A DNA stretch of 62,977 nt, the filler included, from Aduncisulcus paluster (lineage: Eukaryota), in the NCBI GenBank assembly GCA_024181965.1. It is 18 parts of 18 records of this genome, joined end to end, with 100 filler letters (N's around TTAATTAATTAA, not from the genome) between each part and the next. Parts side by side here need not be neighbours in the genome. Positions count along the whole stretch, not along the records: positions 45,271 to 50,502 come from BQXS01011919.1; positions 50,603 to 57,260 come from BQXS01011921.1; positions 57,361 to 59,247 come from BQXS01011922.1; positions 59,348 to 61,120 come from BQXS01011923.1; 14 more parts are not named here. One strand, 5' to 3'. This document shows positions 47,758 through 59,751 of this stretch, piece by piece. Made by a program: the position numbers and the translations under genes. The notes under the pieces are model-generated. The model had not been told where the DNA came from, ran no database searches, and worked only from the letters and a program-made list of their open reading frames with translations. How positions within the stretch are numbered: the first letter of the stretch is position 1; every line of letters begins with the position of its first letter.

Positions 47758-48449
47758 GAGTATGAAAACCTTTCTTAGATTTAAGTTAGATCTAGATTTT
47801 TATATGTTTGAATTTGATTTATTTGCTCCTATAACAATTATTATTGTGTTGTTGATATTTCACATGGATCTTGTATTTGCCTACATATGATATTATACTA
47901 TTTGGTATAAAGCATATCCTTGAGTTGAAACATAGGTGACAGACAACATAGAAAATCAGTATTATTGTTATTATAGTACAGTATAAGCTTCATAGACACT
48001 ATTATGTTTAAAAATATAGCATAACGTGTTAATATATTTATGTAATTTTTGGTTGTCTTTTTTTTAAGTTTCACCTTACTGTCAATTCAATAGAGATTGT
48101 CAGGTTTGGAAAACATATTTTGTTACAATAAAATGTCGTCTTCATGCTTTGGATCTCTTCCTTCAAGAGAAGGGTTCAACAAAACTATATACGATAGAAT
48201 CTATACGATAGATCTACTGAGCTTCAATCAACTTCTTGGACGAATACACAAATTCAACATTCAATATAAATTATAGTTTCTGAATAAACACTTTCAAATA
48301 TTCAATATACTGTACTATACTGTACTATACTGAAACCAATTTTAAATCATAATATAAAATTAAAATGGATAAAAACATATAAAGACACAACAAATACCAA
48401 ATGATAATAGTAGTAACAATAATTGCAAAAAATAGATTAAAATTATATC

Positions 48450-50502
48450 TTATATCATTGAATCGAGGGGAAGCAAAAGAGCTCGCTCTTTCTCAGTCAT
48501 ATGTTCCTTTATAACCACTAAATGATTGTTCATGGCCTGAATTAACACAGAATCATGCTCTCTTCTGGCTTTGGCTCTAATTTGCAACACTGAACAATAC
48601 AATCCAGTGATTAGATCTCTTTCTCCACTCGCTTCCATTGCTAAAATACCAGATTTAATATCAAAATTCACTCGAGCCTCACGTCGAAGCGCTTCAAGAG
48701 AAGTAGAAACTATTTTGGGACGAATTTGGAGCAAGTAAGAGATATTTTCGGACAATACAAATTCGTTAAAGAAAGCCACCCTTTTGGCAGGAGATGAAAA
48801 CCTTAGGATCGGGGTCAGAGAAGGTGGTGGATAAGAAGACGAGGAGGAAGAAGGAAGAATCTGGCCTCCGAGGGTGACACGACCAAGAGCGTATTGTGAG
48901 ATAAATGGCAGCAGAGCTTGTGGATATATTCTCAGTGAAAGAGGTGAGAAAGATCCAAGAATAGAAGAGGAGGAAGCAGAAGAAGAAGGGGTGAAGGATA
49001 CAGGTGATGTTTGTGAAGATAAAGGTGAAGACATTTGTGTTGATACTGTTGATGATGAAATAGAGGAAGATATTGAAGTCATATCTGCACTAATGGACTT
49101 AGAAGATGGTTTAAAAGCAGATTCAAGGGGAGGAATACTTTCGCCAGACCCTGGAAGGGAGTCAGATGTTTCAATCTTCTCTTGTTTTTTCTTCTCTTTT
49201 TTGGCAAGTTTTTCCAGCTTTTTCTTCTCCTTGAAAATAAGTTTCTCTTGTTTTCTTTGTATTTTCTTCCTCAAATCTTCCTCTTTTCTCTGCCTCTTGT
49301 CAAGATTCTTCCTCCTAAAAGAAGGACTCAGAGCTCTTTGCATGAATAATTCTTGAACATTTCCGCCACCGATTCTGAGTTGTGGTCTGAATAAGATGTT
49401 AAACGGTGCCAATATTTCATCCATTATGGCCCTAACATGTGAAATGAACACACATGAACACAAATGAGCAGGAGGAGGAGGAGGAAGGAAAGGTGGAGAT
49501 TTGGGAGAAAAAGAATAAGATGAGGACTTATAACTTCTCTGCGGAAGTGCTTGAGGAGATTTATGGAGCACTTCAGACCTTGAACGTGTTTCTCTGGCAT
49601 CATGCATCACAATTGGATCCTCTTCTTCTTCTTCTTGGGAGAGAACATGGGGAGTTCCAGATATTTCCCCAAGACACGCATCCATCGTAGACTGAGAGCT
49701 CACAATCTCAATGCCACAGGGAGATGGGAAAGGGATGGAAAGAGCATGGGTGGGATTGGATTGGAAAGTGCTCGCAGTGAGAGAGACCAAAACAGAGGAT
49801 GTCATATCATCAGGGGCTGATATTTTGCTCTTTTTGGAGCTGGAGCCTTCTATAAGCGGATATACACCTAAAAACTCGTCTTTCTCTTCATGGAGCTCTT
49901 GGAATGCGAAGACAGGGAACATTGATTTATACACATTTCTAACATTTATGCACTTATGTAATATACTCATAATAGACGAATCTGGAGATATGAAATGCTT
50001 TTGAGACCGATTACACGTGAATGCCACCGATCCATCAGATTCTATTTTTAGAATATTTGGCCATAAATGGGAGAATTTGAGAAAGAATGGATTTGTAACT
50101 CCAATCATGGTCTTTGTTATATCGACTCCGTATAAATCGCTTAATGTTGGAGAATCAGGATCATCGGCACCACTGGTCGAATCAATTTTCTTCTTCCCTT
50201 TCCTCTTGATGAGAAGATCTGTGACGAGTGGCGATGAGACTGGTAAGAACGGAATTACTTTACCTCCATATGGTGCCAATCCCTCGCAAAGGGTGGCAAA
50301 AGCCATAACCAATTGACTGACAACACAGACAGACGGGGAATACACAAGTAAAGGTCTTCCCAAAAGGATGGTTTCAAGCAACCAGAACAAAGACAGTCCT
50401 TTCTCATTGTACTTGCATTGTGATGCACTCAGTGAAGGGGAGCTCTGGATTATGGCTGGAAATAACGGTGAGAGAGAGAAGAGGAAAGGAGGAAGAAAAG
50501 AG
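48450..50502 (-). CDS. DENND6: DENN-domain protein, DENND6/FAM116-like (5'-partial)
   Basis: LETILLGRPLLVYSPS and IGVTNPFFLK...WPNILKI motifs. Confidence 0.75.
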
Positions 50503-50602
50503 NNNNNNNNNNNNNNNNNNNNNNNNNNNNNNNNNNNNNNNNNNNNTTAATTAATTAANNNNNNNNNNNNNNNNNNNNNNNNNNNNNNNNNNNNNNNNNN
50601 NN

Positions 50603-53151
50603 ATGAATTGTTGGAGGAGTTTTACTCATCGAATCCTCAATTTGCATATACATGTCCTATGTTAGATGCTATCCTCAATCCAGCCTTAAAAAAGAGAAAT
50701 CTTGAAAAATTCTTTCAGAACCCTGTTTTTCTCGATTCAGTAGAACAATACCGAATGGATTTATCGAGAATAACAACTCAGATGGGTCATAAACTGTATT
50801 CTTTCCTTCCTGTTGATATTTCTCCTTCAAGAAATGGTGAAAGTAAGCTTGAGGCATTTGTTCGAGTTAAAGAGTGGGATATTGGCCGGAGAACTATGGT
50901 TTTTGGTGCCCGTGAAGATCCTGATGATTACTTTGTTGCACTAAGAAGTGCTTCTGCGATTCATATTTTCTTATTCATTTTGTTTGTAATTGGCATTATT
51001 GGATGTAGGATATATGAAAATAAGGTTCTGAAGTATATAGATATCGTTCGAAAGAAGCATCATTCCATGATGACTTCTTTATCCTCCATGTTGTATAAAA
51101 TTGTGTCTATCGTTTTGAAAGCTGCCGATTATCTTATTTCTGGTCTTACTTTGTGGGCATTATTGATTTATATGATCAAATTTTTTGCCCTTTACCAAAC
51201 TCGTGATAAGGTTCTTGATATTCAAGAAGTATTTACAAATATTGATGATCTTGTTTTCCCAACGATTATTCAAACTCCTATTATGGGAATATTACAAGAA
51301 GACTATCTCACCAATGCACACTCGTTCTTCGAAGAAATGGTTCCTATGTCTGGAATACTGTCTCTCACATCTCCTGAAATGGGTCAAGAAATCCTTCGGA
51401 TATATAATATTGTTAAGGATGAGGAGAATTATGGAATGTCGTATTCAACCAATTTCAAGGAGACTTTGTGCGTCGTGTTGTTTGGTTTCGACTATGAAGA
51501 ATGTTTATCGGCTGGAATTGATGCCACAAATTTGCTTGATGCTCTCACAGAAATGAATGTTGAACCAAATGTCATAAGTATGGAGGTAGAGAACCTGATG
51601 GTCAATCAATTATCAGCACGTGGTGTCGAAAATATGAGATTGATCGCTTATTTGTTTGAAGGAATGTTTAGAAATGAAGCGTGTTCCTCTATTGCAGCAT
51701 CTATTCATGATGTCATCTTTCCAACGAGGGTACAAACACTTCCAAGGATATACAATACTCTTGAATGGGATTCTCCCCTATTCACTTGGGAGGTTGATAC
51801 TTATCGCTATCTTCCTGAAAATTCTTCCCTTGAACTTGCTGATGCTCGGGCTGATGCTGAAATAATGCGTACCAGGCTGTTAAATAATGGAATGATCGAT
51901 GAAAACTCCAATTATTTCCCCGTTGATGTCGATTTCGAGAAGTATCTTCCTGCTCAAACCTACGATCGTCTCGAAAGTTGCGTTAATCAGAGTGGATATG
52001 ATTATTTCATGAACCATTTTTCGAAATCTTTCCGATACATTGCAAAGGAAATGGATACAAAAGCTGAGGATACATTGATTCCTCTATACATGTTGAGAGA
52101 AATGTTCCATCTTTTTTCAATTGCTATCGCCTACTGTGTCTTATTTGTTCTAAATCTCTCAATAATGTATTTATTAGTGTTAAAATCTTCAACTTTGAAT
52201 ACTGTTGATCTTTCCTCTTCTAAACTTAAGAATAAGTATTATTCACACGCTTACACCGTGTTATTCTCAGTATTTTTCATAAACATGGCTATTGGATACA
52301 TGATTGTCCATGCAGGTCACGTTGTCAAGGGAAAATCAAGTCACACTGAGCTTATAACTCAGGTTGCTGTTGATACCCATACAGCCATTGCATCCGCATC
52401 TGTTCTTGTTCGCACCCCTTCGTTCATTGCGATTCCTTTCCAAGATCAAGATGCAGCCGAGATACAATATATGTCGACTTCATACCCCTATTATGCCGTT
52501 GATGGATTTGAGTTGGTATCAAGATCTCTTGCATTTGAATATCCTTCTTCATATCATCAAAGCCCAAACAAATCATCTCACTACCATCACAGTATGCATC
52601 GGAATCTCACCATTCCATCAACCGATTTTGAAGCCATGGCAATCACTCTTCTGGGTAATACGAGTGTTTTTGATCCTTCAGTAGTGTTCTTCAAGTTCGG
52701 AAGCCTTCAATATCAAAAAGATTTGCCAATATCGCTGCTGTCTGAATATGCTCTCACACCTTTCCAAATGGCTCTGATTGCTAATGGAGGAGCATTATAT
52801 TCAACAGACCTTTCTGTGGATTCTTTTGCAATCGCATCACAGTCTTTCTCAAATTCTATGTTTTCTGATCAGTATATTCTTAGTGAAAGCAATAAGGATG
52901 AAATTCTAGCCCGCAGGTTTAGAAATTTTACTGATTTTGTTTTACATGCTGAAATGTTTTCTACGGGTACCACTTCAAATGTATTGGATGGAATTGGTAA
53001 AAGTTTCACCCAAACGATTCTCGTATCCATTACTATGGCCTTAGGAAGCATGTTAGTCCCATCGGGTCTTGCACTGTGGTTTATTATAAAGAATTGGCGA
53101 TTCATGATTCTTTATAAGGGAATAGCAGGATCTCAAAAACATCTTAAGTAG
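50603..53151 (+). CDS. Large multi-pass membrane protein, unknown function (5'-partial)
   Basis: 847-aa ORF with about 5 hydrophobic segments. Confidence 0.7.
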
Positions 53152-53288
53152 TTTAGAATTTGATCTATTAATCTTTCAGTGGAATAGTTTTCTTCTGAAA
53201 TCTCGGGATAGCCCCATTTTTAGCTTTTAACAAGTTATCTTACATTGATGAAAAATTCTACGAGTAAATGTCGCATTTAAGCAAACTA

Positions 53289-53975
53289 TTATTTGAATGC
53301 TTTCCACATTTCATCGCGAAATTTGGAATAATCCACGACATAATCATGTAATTGTGTGGATAATACAAACTTTGGAATAGCTCCACAGGGATCCATAAAC
53401 TCCATCAATTCACATTGTATTTTTCCATCCGATTTCTTCCTCAAAACAGCTCCAGAATGTCGTATTAAAGCTCGTATATACTTTGTTTTTTCAATATATT
53501 GTTCATCACCAGGTTTTGCCCCTGCAACCTTTTCATCAGGAGAATAATATGCACAAATAATTGTTCCATCATGTTGTGTCCCAACAATTACACGAACTAC
53601 AGCATCTCTTGCTGTAACAATCTTCAGAGGGGGCTTAAACAAATAGTGAATAAGACAACTTTCAACTTTTTTGAAACCATGTTTCTTCATAACTCCTTTT
53701 CGAACGGCAATTGGTTTCAATGGTTCTAAAAATTCTCCACCAACCAAAAGATCCGACCATTTCATTCTCTTCTTAATATCCAAGAAACCAAGAACAATAT
53801 CATGCGGCTTTCCGGGAACTTCTAATGATCCTTTGAACCCAACAAATGGAGTACTGGTTGAAAAAATTTCAACTTTTTCATTTCCTTTTCCAACTTTCCA
53901 TATTTTTTCGTTGTGGATCAAAGAAGGTATGGTTTCACACAGATACTTAAAGTAGGTATCAGGAGACTGTGACAT
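53289..53975 (-). CDS. START-domain lipid-binding protein
   Basis: R.KWS, PLKIVTARD.V, YIRA and MDPCGAIPKFV motifs. Confidence 0.85.
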   Translation of the reverse strand: MSQSPDTYFKYLCETIPSLIHNEKIWKVGKGNEKVEIFSTSTPFVGFKGSLEVPGKPHDIVLGFLDIKKRMKWSDLLVGGEFLEPLKPIAVRKGVMKKHGFKKVESCLIHYLFKPPLKIVTARDAVVRVIVGTQHDGTIICAYYSPDEKVAGAKPGDEQYIEKTKYIRALIRHSGAVLRKKSDGKIQCELMEFMDPCGAIPKFVLSTQLHDYVVDYSKFRDEMWKAFK

Positions 53976-54235
53976 AATCAAATAAAATCGCAAAACAAAT
54001 CAATGATAACATGAATTTTTGATTAACACATCGTCAGAGTCTTTGCTGATAAGCTTCGTATTGACACAAAGTTAGTGGGCGAATATATATTGTATGACAT
54101 TTAGATTTTCAGGCTGATTTAAATATATCGAGATTAGGGCAAAAGATGTATTAATTCAATAGGATTCCGATCTGGGAATGAACAAAAACGTCCAATTGGT
54201 CGGAGGAGCCCTTAACGAAATAAATATGTTCTTAT

Positions 54236-55453
54236 AGAATATAATTCTCAATTAATTATATGGATAAAGCGTAAGTACAATGTTTTCTCCGATTTTCTTG
54301 ATCAAAATAGTGAGATATGGTCAAAATCTATCCAACCCCACATAATCAAAGTAAATCATAGGGAAAATATCATTTCATGGGATATTTTTAAGCATAATAA
54401 TAATTAAGATGAGTTTATTATAAAAATTCTTTTGAAGCAAGAATTTGAAGAATCAGTTCAAAAGCAGACAAGATAATATAATTAGCATGTTTTTATAATA
54501 TCTCAGCTAACATGAATTAATTTCGTTACATTGAGATAAACAAAACAAGCACAGTGGAGGGTTTTCAATGAAAAAGGGAAACAAGAATAAAAAATGATAA
54601 TAGATAAAGAAATGAAAAGAATATAATTTCAATTTCTACTCGAACCATGATCCATATAATCCTCCTATGGATAAAGCGTAAGTACAATGTTTTCTCCGAT
54701 TTTCTTGATCAAAATAGTGAGATATGGTCAAAATCTATCCAACCCCACATAATCAAAGTAAATCATAGGGAAAATATCATTTCATGGGATATTTTTAAGC
54801 ATAATAATAATTAAGATGAGTTTATTATAAAAATTCTTTTGAAGCAAGAATTTGAAGAATCAGTTCAAAAGCAGACAAGATAATATAATTAGCATGTTTT
54901 TATAATATCTCAGCTAACATGAATTAATTTCGTTACATTGAGATAAACAAAACAAGCACAGTGGAGGGTTTTCAATGAAAAAGGGAAACAAGAATAAAAA
55001 ATGATAATAGATAAAGAAATGAAAAGAATATAATTCTCAATTAATTATATGGATAAAGCGTAAGTACAATGTTTTCTCCGATTTTCTTGATCAAAATAGT
55101 GAGATATGGTCAAAATCTATCCAACCCCACATAATCAAAGTAAATCATAGGGAAAATATCATTTCATGGGATATTTTTAAGCATAATAATAATTAAGATG
55201 AGTTTATTATAAAAATTCTTTTGAAGCAAGAATTTGAAGAATCAGTTCAAAAGCAGACAAGATAATATAATTAGCATGTTTTTATAATATCTCAGCTAAC
55301 ATGAATTAATTTCGTTACATTGAGATAAACAAAACAAGCACAGTGGAGGGTTTTCAATGAAAAAGGGAAACAAGAATAAAAAATGATAATAGATAAAGAA
55401 ATGAAAAGAATATAATTTCAATTTCTACTCGAACCATGATCCATATAATCCTC
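54236..55453. repeat. Three near-identical tandem copies of a ~380-410 bp non-coding unit
   Basis: TATGGATAAAGCGTAAGTAC... starts at 54259, 54666 and 55048. Confidence 0.95.
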
Positions 55454-57260
55454 CTCCCATGAATACATCCATTCCACCAGACTGACTGCCCGGTGGAGGA
55501 GGTTGGGAAGATCCAGTCTGAGGTATTCGATGAGGCTGAGAGGTCCCTGAAGAACGTGGAACGTCGGGAGGGAGTTGTTCCATGCCATGTGAAGCTGGAT
55601 GATCAATTGCACCAACCATATGCTGTTGAGGAGGTATATAAGCTGATCTCTGAGGATTCTGAACAGCTGCTTCCCATGGATGGTACTCGAACAACGAGGA
55701 GGAAGGAACAGGTGGAGGAGGCAACAAGGATTCCTCTCGACCACGGAATCCAAAGGGAGCCGATTCACCAAACATACGTTGTTCACCACTCATGCCAGGG
55801 ACCGAAGGGAAAGATTGAGTTCTCCTTTCTCGTGTGATACCCCGTTGTTCAATTCGTGGAGATGAACCGTGCCATGAAGGCTGTGGTTGTACCCTGGGTT
55901 GAGTGAATGGATAGTATTCTGAAGAAGGAGTATAACTGGGATTTGTCCCAGGGGTTGGATGAGATGAGAAAGGAATTGCACTTCTCTCAGTCGCAAGATG
56001 ACTAGGGATTTGGAATTCTGGGCGTGGGGCTTCAAAACCTCGCTGATGATACTGTGCAGACTGTTGATGAATCGAGGGAGTATGATGGAAAGGAACACCT
56101 GGGGGAGGAACGTATTTGGGCGAGATAATAGCAGTATGAGAGACTGGTGAAATCGTTGGAGAAGCAGGGAATGTACTGGTTTGAGGAGGAGGTTTGAATG
56201 GAGTTGTTGAAGATTTACCAGCGTTATTATTACGCTTCTTTTCTTTGGTACTCGTCTCTGTTGTTGTATGAGAATTGCCCTTTTGTTTTGAACGTTTCTC
56301 AGATCCTTTAGATCCGGTTGGCTTGGAAGGTTGAGGTGTTGGAGAGCTCGGTTGGTTTGCAGCCGTCAAGTCAACCTCAATAAACACTCTTTCTGGGTCT
56401 TTGAGGACGTTTAAGAGACGTTCAGGATCATCGAGAGCTTTTCCCAAGAAAATCCACACATCAGGATGAGGTTCAAGTCGTGTAGCCAAAAGTGCCCACA
56501 CGAGAGGACAAGAGTCAGATGACGCATTAATACCATAATCTGAGCGAGTAACGAGTTGTATTTCACAATCGGTAACGATCAAGGGTAGCTGGGAAAGCAT
56601 ACACCTAGCATAAAGAGCTATAGCAATCTTACGAAGACCATGCTTCTTGACTCTCTTATCGGCCCGAAGAATAGGATCATCCATGATGTGAGTCGTAATC
56701 TTTGACAAAAGACATCCCATGGCATCATGAGTGAGGAACATGTGTCTGATTCCATCCGAGAGAGAGACTAAGAAGGGAGAGAGGCCCGTGGGGCGTGATA
56801 AAATGGATTTTGGGAGACTCAACAGTGGTGATCTTGAAGGCAAAGATGAGGATAACGATGGATTCGAATTTGATGACGCATTGGGTGTTGATGAAGCATC
56901 AGATCCATCAACACAGTCCTCAGCACCTTTAACGATGCTATCACGATGCTCAATGATCTGAGCAAACAATTTCCTGGTGAGATCATGAGAAACAATCAGT
57001 TCCATGCATCTCTCCTTAAGATCTCCAAGGACCTTCGGAGCAGGAAGAGGGAGAGGGGCAGCTGCGGGAGATGCAGCCGGGAATGGGGGTATAATTGAAG
57101 GAGACGAGCTAATTCCACCGGGAACACTGGAATATTGAGCAGCAACCATGACATCACCATTCCTCATTGCAGCCTCTTTCATTGCAGCAGAATCCACAAC
57201 ACAGCCCATAGCTTTACGAGCACGGACAAACCCAACATAAATTCCACTTTTGATCCCCAT
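55425..57260 (-). CDS. Pro/Ser-rich hypothetical protein (5'-partial)
   Basis: 611-aa open frame with low-complexity C-terminus. Confidence 0.65.
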   Translation of the reverse strand: MGIKSGIYVGFVRARKAMGCVVDSAAMKEAAMRNGDVMVAAQYSSVPGGISSSPSIIPPFPAASPAAAPLPLPAPKVLGDLKERCMELIVSHDLTRKLFAQIIEHRDSIVKGAEDCVDGSDASSTPNASSNSNPSLSSSLPSRSPLLSLPKSILSRPTGLSPFLVSLSDGIRHMFLTHDAMGCLLSKITTHIMDDPILRADKRVKKHGLRKIAIALYARCMLSQLPLIVTDCEIQLVTRSDYGINASSDSCPLVWALLATRLEPHPDVWIFLGKALDDPERLLNVLKDPERVFIEVDLTAANQPSSPTPQPSKPTGSKGSEKRSKQKGNSHTTTETSTKEKKRNNNAGKSSTTPFKPPPQTSTFPASPTISPVSHTAIISPKYVPPPGVPFHHTPSIHQQSAQYHQRGFEAPRPEFQIPSHLATERSAIPFSSHPTPGTNPSYTPSSEYYPFTQPRVQPQPSWHGSSPRIEQRGITRERRTQSFPSVPGMSGEQRMFGESAPFGFRGREESLLPPPPVPSSSLFEYHPWEAAVQNPQRSAYIPPQQHMVGAIDHPASHGMEQLPPDVPRSSGTSQPHRIPQTGSSQPPPPGSQSGGMDVFMGGGLYGSWFE

Positions 57261-57360
57261 NNNNNNNNNNNNNNNNNNNNNNNNNNNNNNNNNNNNNNNN
57301 NNNNTTAATTAATTAANNNNNNNNNNNNNNNNNNNNNNNNNNNNNNNNNNNNNNNNNNNN

Positions 57361-58061
57361 CAGAGTCAGAGACGAATCGAACAGAATATCAATATATTCA
57401 AAAGAAAGAAGAAGAGAAAGAAGAAGAGAAAGAGAGAAAGGAGAAGAGGAAAAGGAAGAAATATTTGAGAAGAACAAAAGAAAAGAAATTTGGGGAAAGT
57501 AAGCTAAAAATAGATCAGAAACTAAAAATAGATCAGAAGGAGTCTTGTCAATATCATCATGTATCATACACTGATTCTAAAATTAGAGATGATTCTAAAA
57601 TTAGAGATGATTCTAAAATTAGAGATGATGATATATTATTAGCTGGGAAAAGAAGATCTTCCAGCTCATATGTTCCCATTCCTCACACAGTCATCAAAAA
57701 AAATTGTATTCAACGAGAAGAAGAAAGAGAAGAAGAAAGACGTTTATTTTATTCATTTCCTTCACCATCTCGTGTTGTTTCTTACCCCAAGAATTCTCTT
57801 TCTTTTGACAAAGCTGTAGTATTTTCCTGTGGATTATCATCAGGATCGATTTACGGCATTCATTTAGGTTCGACAAAAACAATCTTTGAGTTTCACGTTC
57901 AAGATCATACACACATTTTTTGTAAAACTACTGCATCTTCTCACATTTCTAAATATAGATTCTCATCATGTTCTTCACATCCCTCGAAACCGTTTCTTTT
58001 ATGTTCCTCTCTCTCCTCTCCTTCCATTGTATTACTCAAGTTGAAAGAAACCTCTGATTAG
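57361..58061 (+). CDS. Low-complexity hypothetical protein C-terminus containing 18-bp repeat x3 (57572-57625)
   Basis: ORF with DSKIRD repeats and a WD-like tail (HPSKPFLLCSS). Confidence 0.45.
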
Positions 58062-58073
58062 CTACTCTGACGT

Positions 58074-58181
58074 TGTTAAGATATATGACCGGCTATTACC
58101 GGGATATACCGGCTCAATCCAATTGAAATAAATTTGCTAGCCAAATCCGTAATGCGTTCAACCCTAGGTGTTAAGGTAACA
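58074..58181 (+). mobile_element. Candidate short LTR (108 bp)
   Basis: TGTTA...TAACA termini. Internal TAAATTTGCTAGCC is shared with 62772-62854. Confidence 0.4.
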
Positions 58182-59347
58182 CTGACAGTGGAAAGAATAC
58201 CCCCCCAAGAGATGCCGTTAAAGATAATCAATAATAATAATGAACTTAACTCCAGGTTGGATGACCAGAGTGTAACTTCTCAGTAATCTATTTATAGAAC
58301 CTTGATCACTCCGATCGCTTTTATTCAATAAATTGCTAACGTCAAACACAGAGGTCAGAGACAAAGATGATAAGTCAGTTTTACGGATGATATTCATACC
58401 ATAGGCAGGCACAGTCATTTTCAATATACTATATTGAATATAGCTTCACAAGATATCTTGCGTTGAAGTCTATTGATTTCACGCTGAAAATCTTCCACAT
58501 CTATACGTTCAAGACTCCCATCCTCACTTTGGAGGGCTTCAACGAGCTGTGCATCGATGAATGTCTTGAGATGATGTTGATCTTACAGATGATGAGGAGG
58601 AGACAAGAGAAGAAGAGGAGTAAGTCTAGAGCATAGATCCAATAGAGAACGAGAGAGAGAGAGAGAGTGAAAGGGGTGGAAGGTGGAAGAGATATGAATG
58701 TATGGCCTGTACAAACACTGTGGAACCCATCCTTGGATTGTGATAACACTGGATATTGGAGATATCCATAAGTAAATGCAACAATACCACTCCATAATAG
58801 TTGAGTACGTCCCTCAGGGACAACAGGCTGTCGTTGTGGTTCACGCTCTTCAAGAGGCGTGGTGGACACTGACAGCCCCTGTAATCACCTTCAAGGGCAG
58901 CCTCAAGCCACCTTGCATACTCAACACACTGGTTTGGCTGGAGGGAACGTTGGCAAGAGAGAAGAAAGAAAGAAACCATGGCGATGTCTTGTTCCACCGA
59001 CAAACGTGAAGGCTTTCAGCTCAATGAAGCATGGACGGCCCAAAACGAATGAGTTTGACATACCCAGGAATGTCTTCACGACGGCAATTCAGCTTCTTAA
59101 TGACAGTGATTCGGATGGCTGTCCTCTCTTGACGGGTGGATAAAATGGACAGAACTCTCGTTCAATCGGCGCCAGGCGTCAGTTTTGCCGACATAGGGAC
59201 GGTCGATTTCGGCTAATGTGTCCGGGTCAGCAGCGTCAACAGAGAGGNNNNNNNNNNNNNNNNNNNNNNNNNNNNNNNNNNNNNNNNNNNNTTAATTAAT
59301 TAANNNNNNNNNNNNNNNNNNNNNNNNNNNNNNNNNNNNNNNNNNNN

Positions 59348-59751
59348 GTTAGAGGAAAAAACACTCTCAAGTCAAGAATGAGTTAACATACAACCGAATT
59401 ATTATGAGGAAAATTACACTAACACCATGGTATAAAAAATCTGCATATTAGGTTTCTAATTAATTTTCTACGGAAGACAAAATCAAGAATTTTTGAAAAG
59501 CGAGTACCCTCGGAAAAAGCCATTGAAGAATCCTTTCAAAAAATCAAAATCGTTGTCATGGTCTAATGGTTATGATATGTTCATTCCTGATATGAAAACA
59601 TGGGTTCGAATCCCCATGGAAACATATTTTTAGTATTTTTTTCAAATGCGTCTATGATAATCGGGGAAGTGTTAATTTCTCATCGTTCTATTTTTAGATT
59701 ATCACATCCACCTTTATTTAATAAATTTGAAGCAAGCATAAGCTTTTAACA
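59348..59751 (+). mobile_element. LTR (~404 bp, element G) inserted into the DIRS-like RNase H
   Basis: Contig begins GTTAG (first T of TGTTA missing) and the segment ends TTAACA. AATAAATTTG at 59720-59729. Sharp AT-to-GC switch at 59751/59752. Confidence 0.65.
59552..59631 (+). ncRNA. tRNA-Gln(CTG)-like degenerate gene / Pol III cassette inside LTR G
   Basis: GTTGTCA/TGGAAAC acceptor (one mismatch), A box TGGTCTAATGG, anticodon arm TTCAT-TCCTGAT-ATGAA, B box GGTTCGAATCC, TTTTT terminator. C33 and altered spacing. Confidence 0.7.

Noticed and set aside
54259..55453. CRISPR array or satellite
   Set aside because: Units are ~400 bp without unique spacers; it is a local segmental triplication.
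58501..59247. Short overlapping ORFs in a GC-richer patch
   Set aside because: No recognisable domain. Possibly decayed TE, but this cannot be supported from the sequence.
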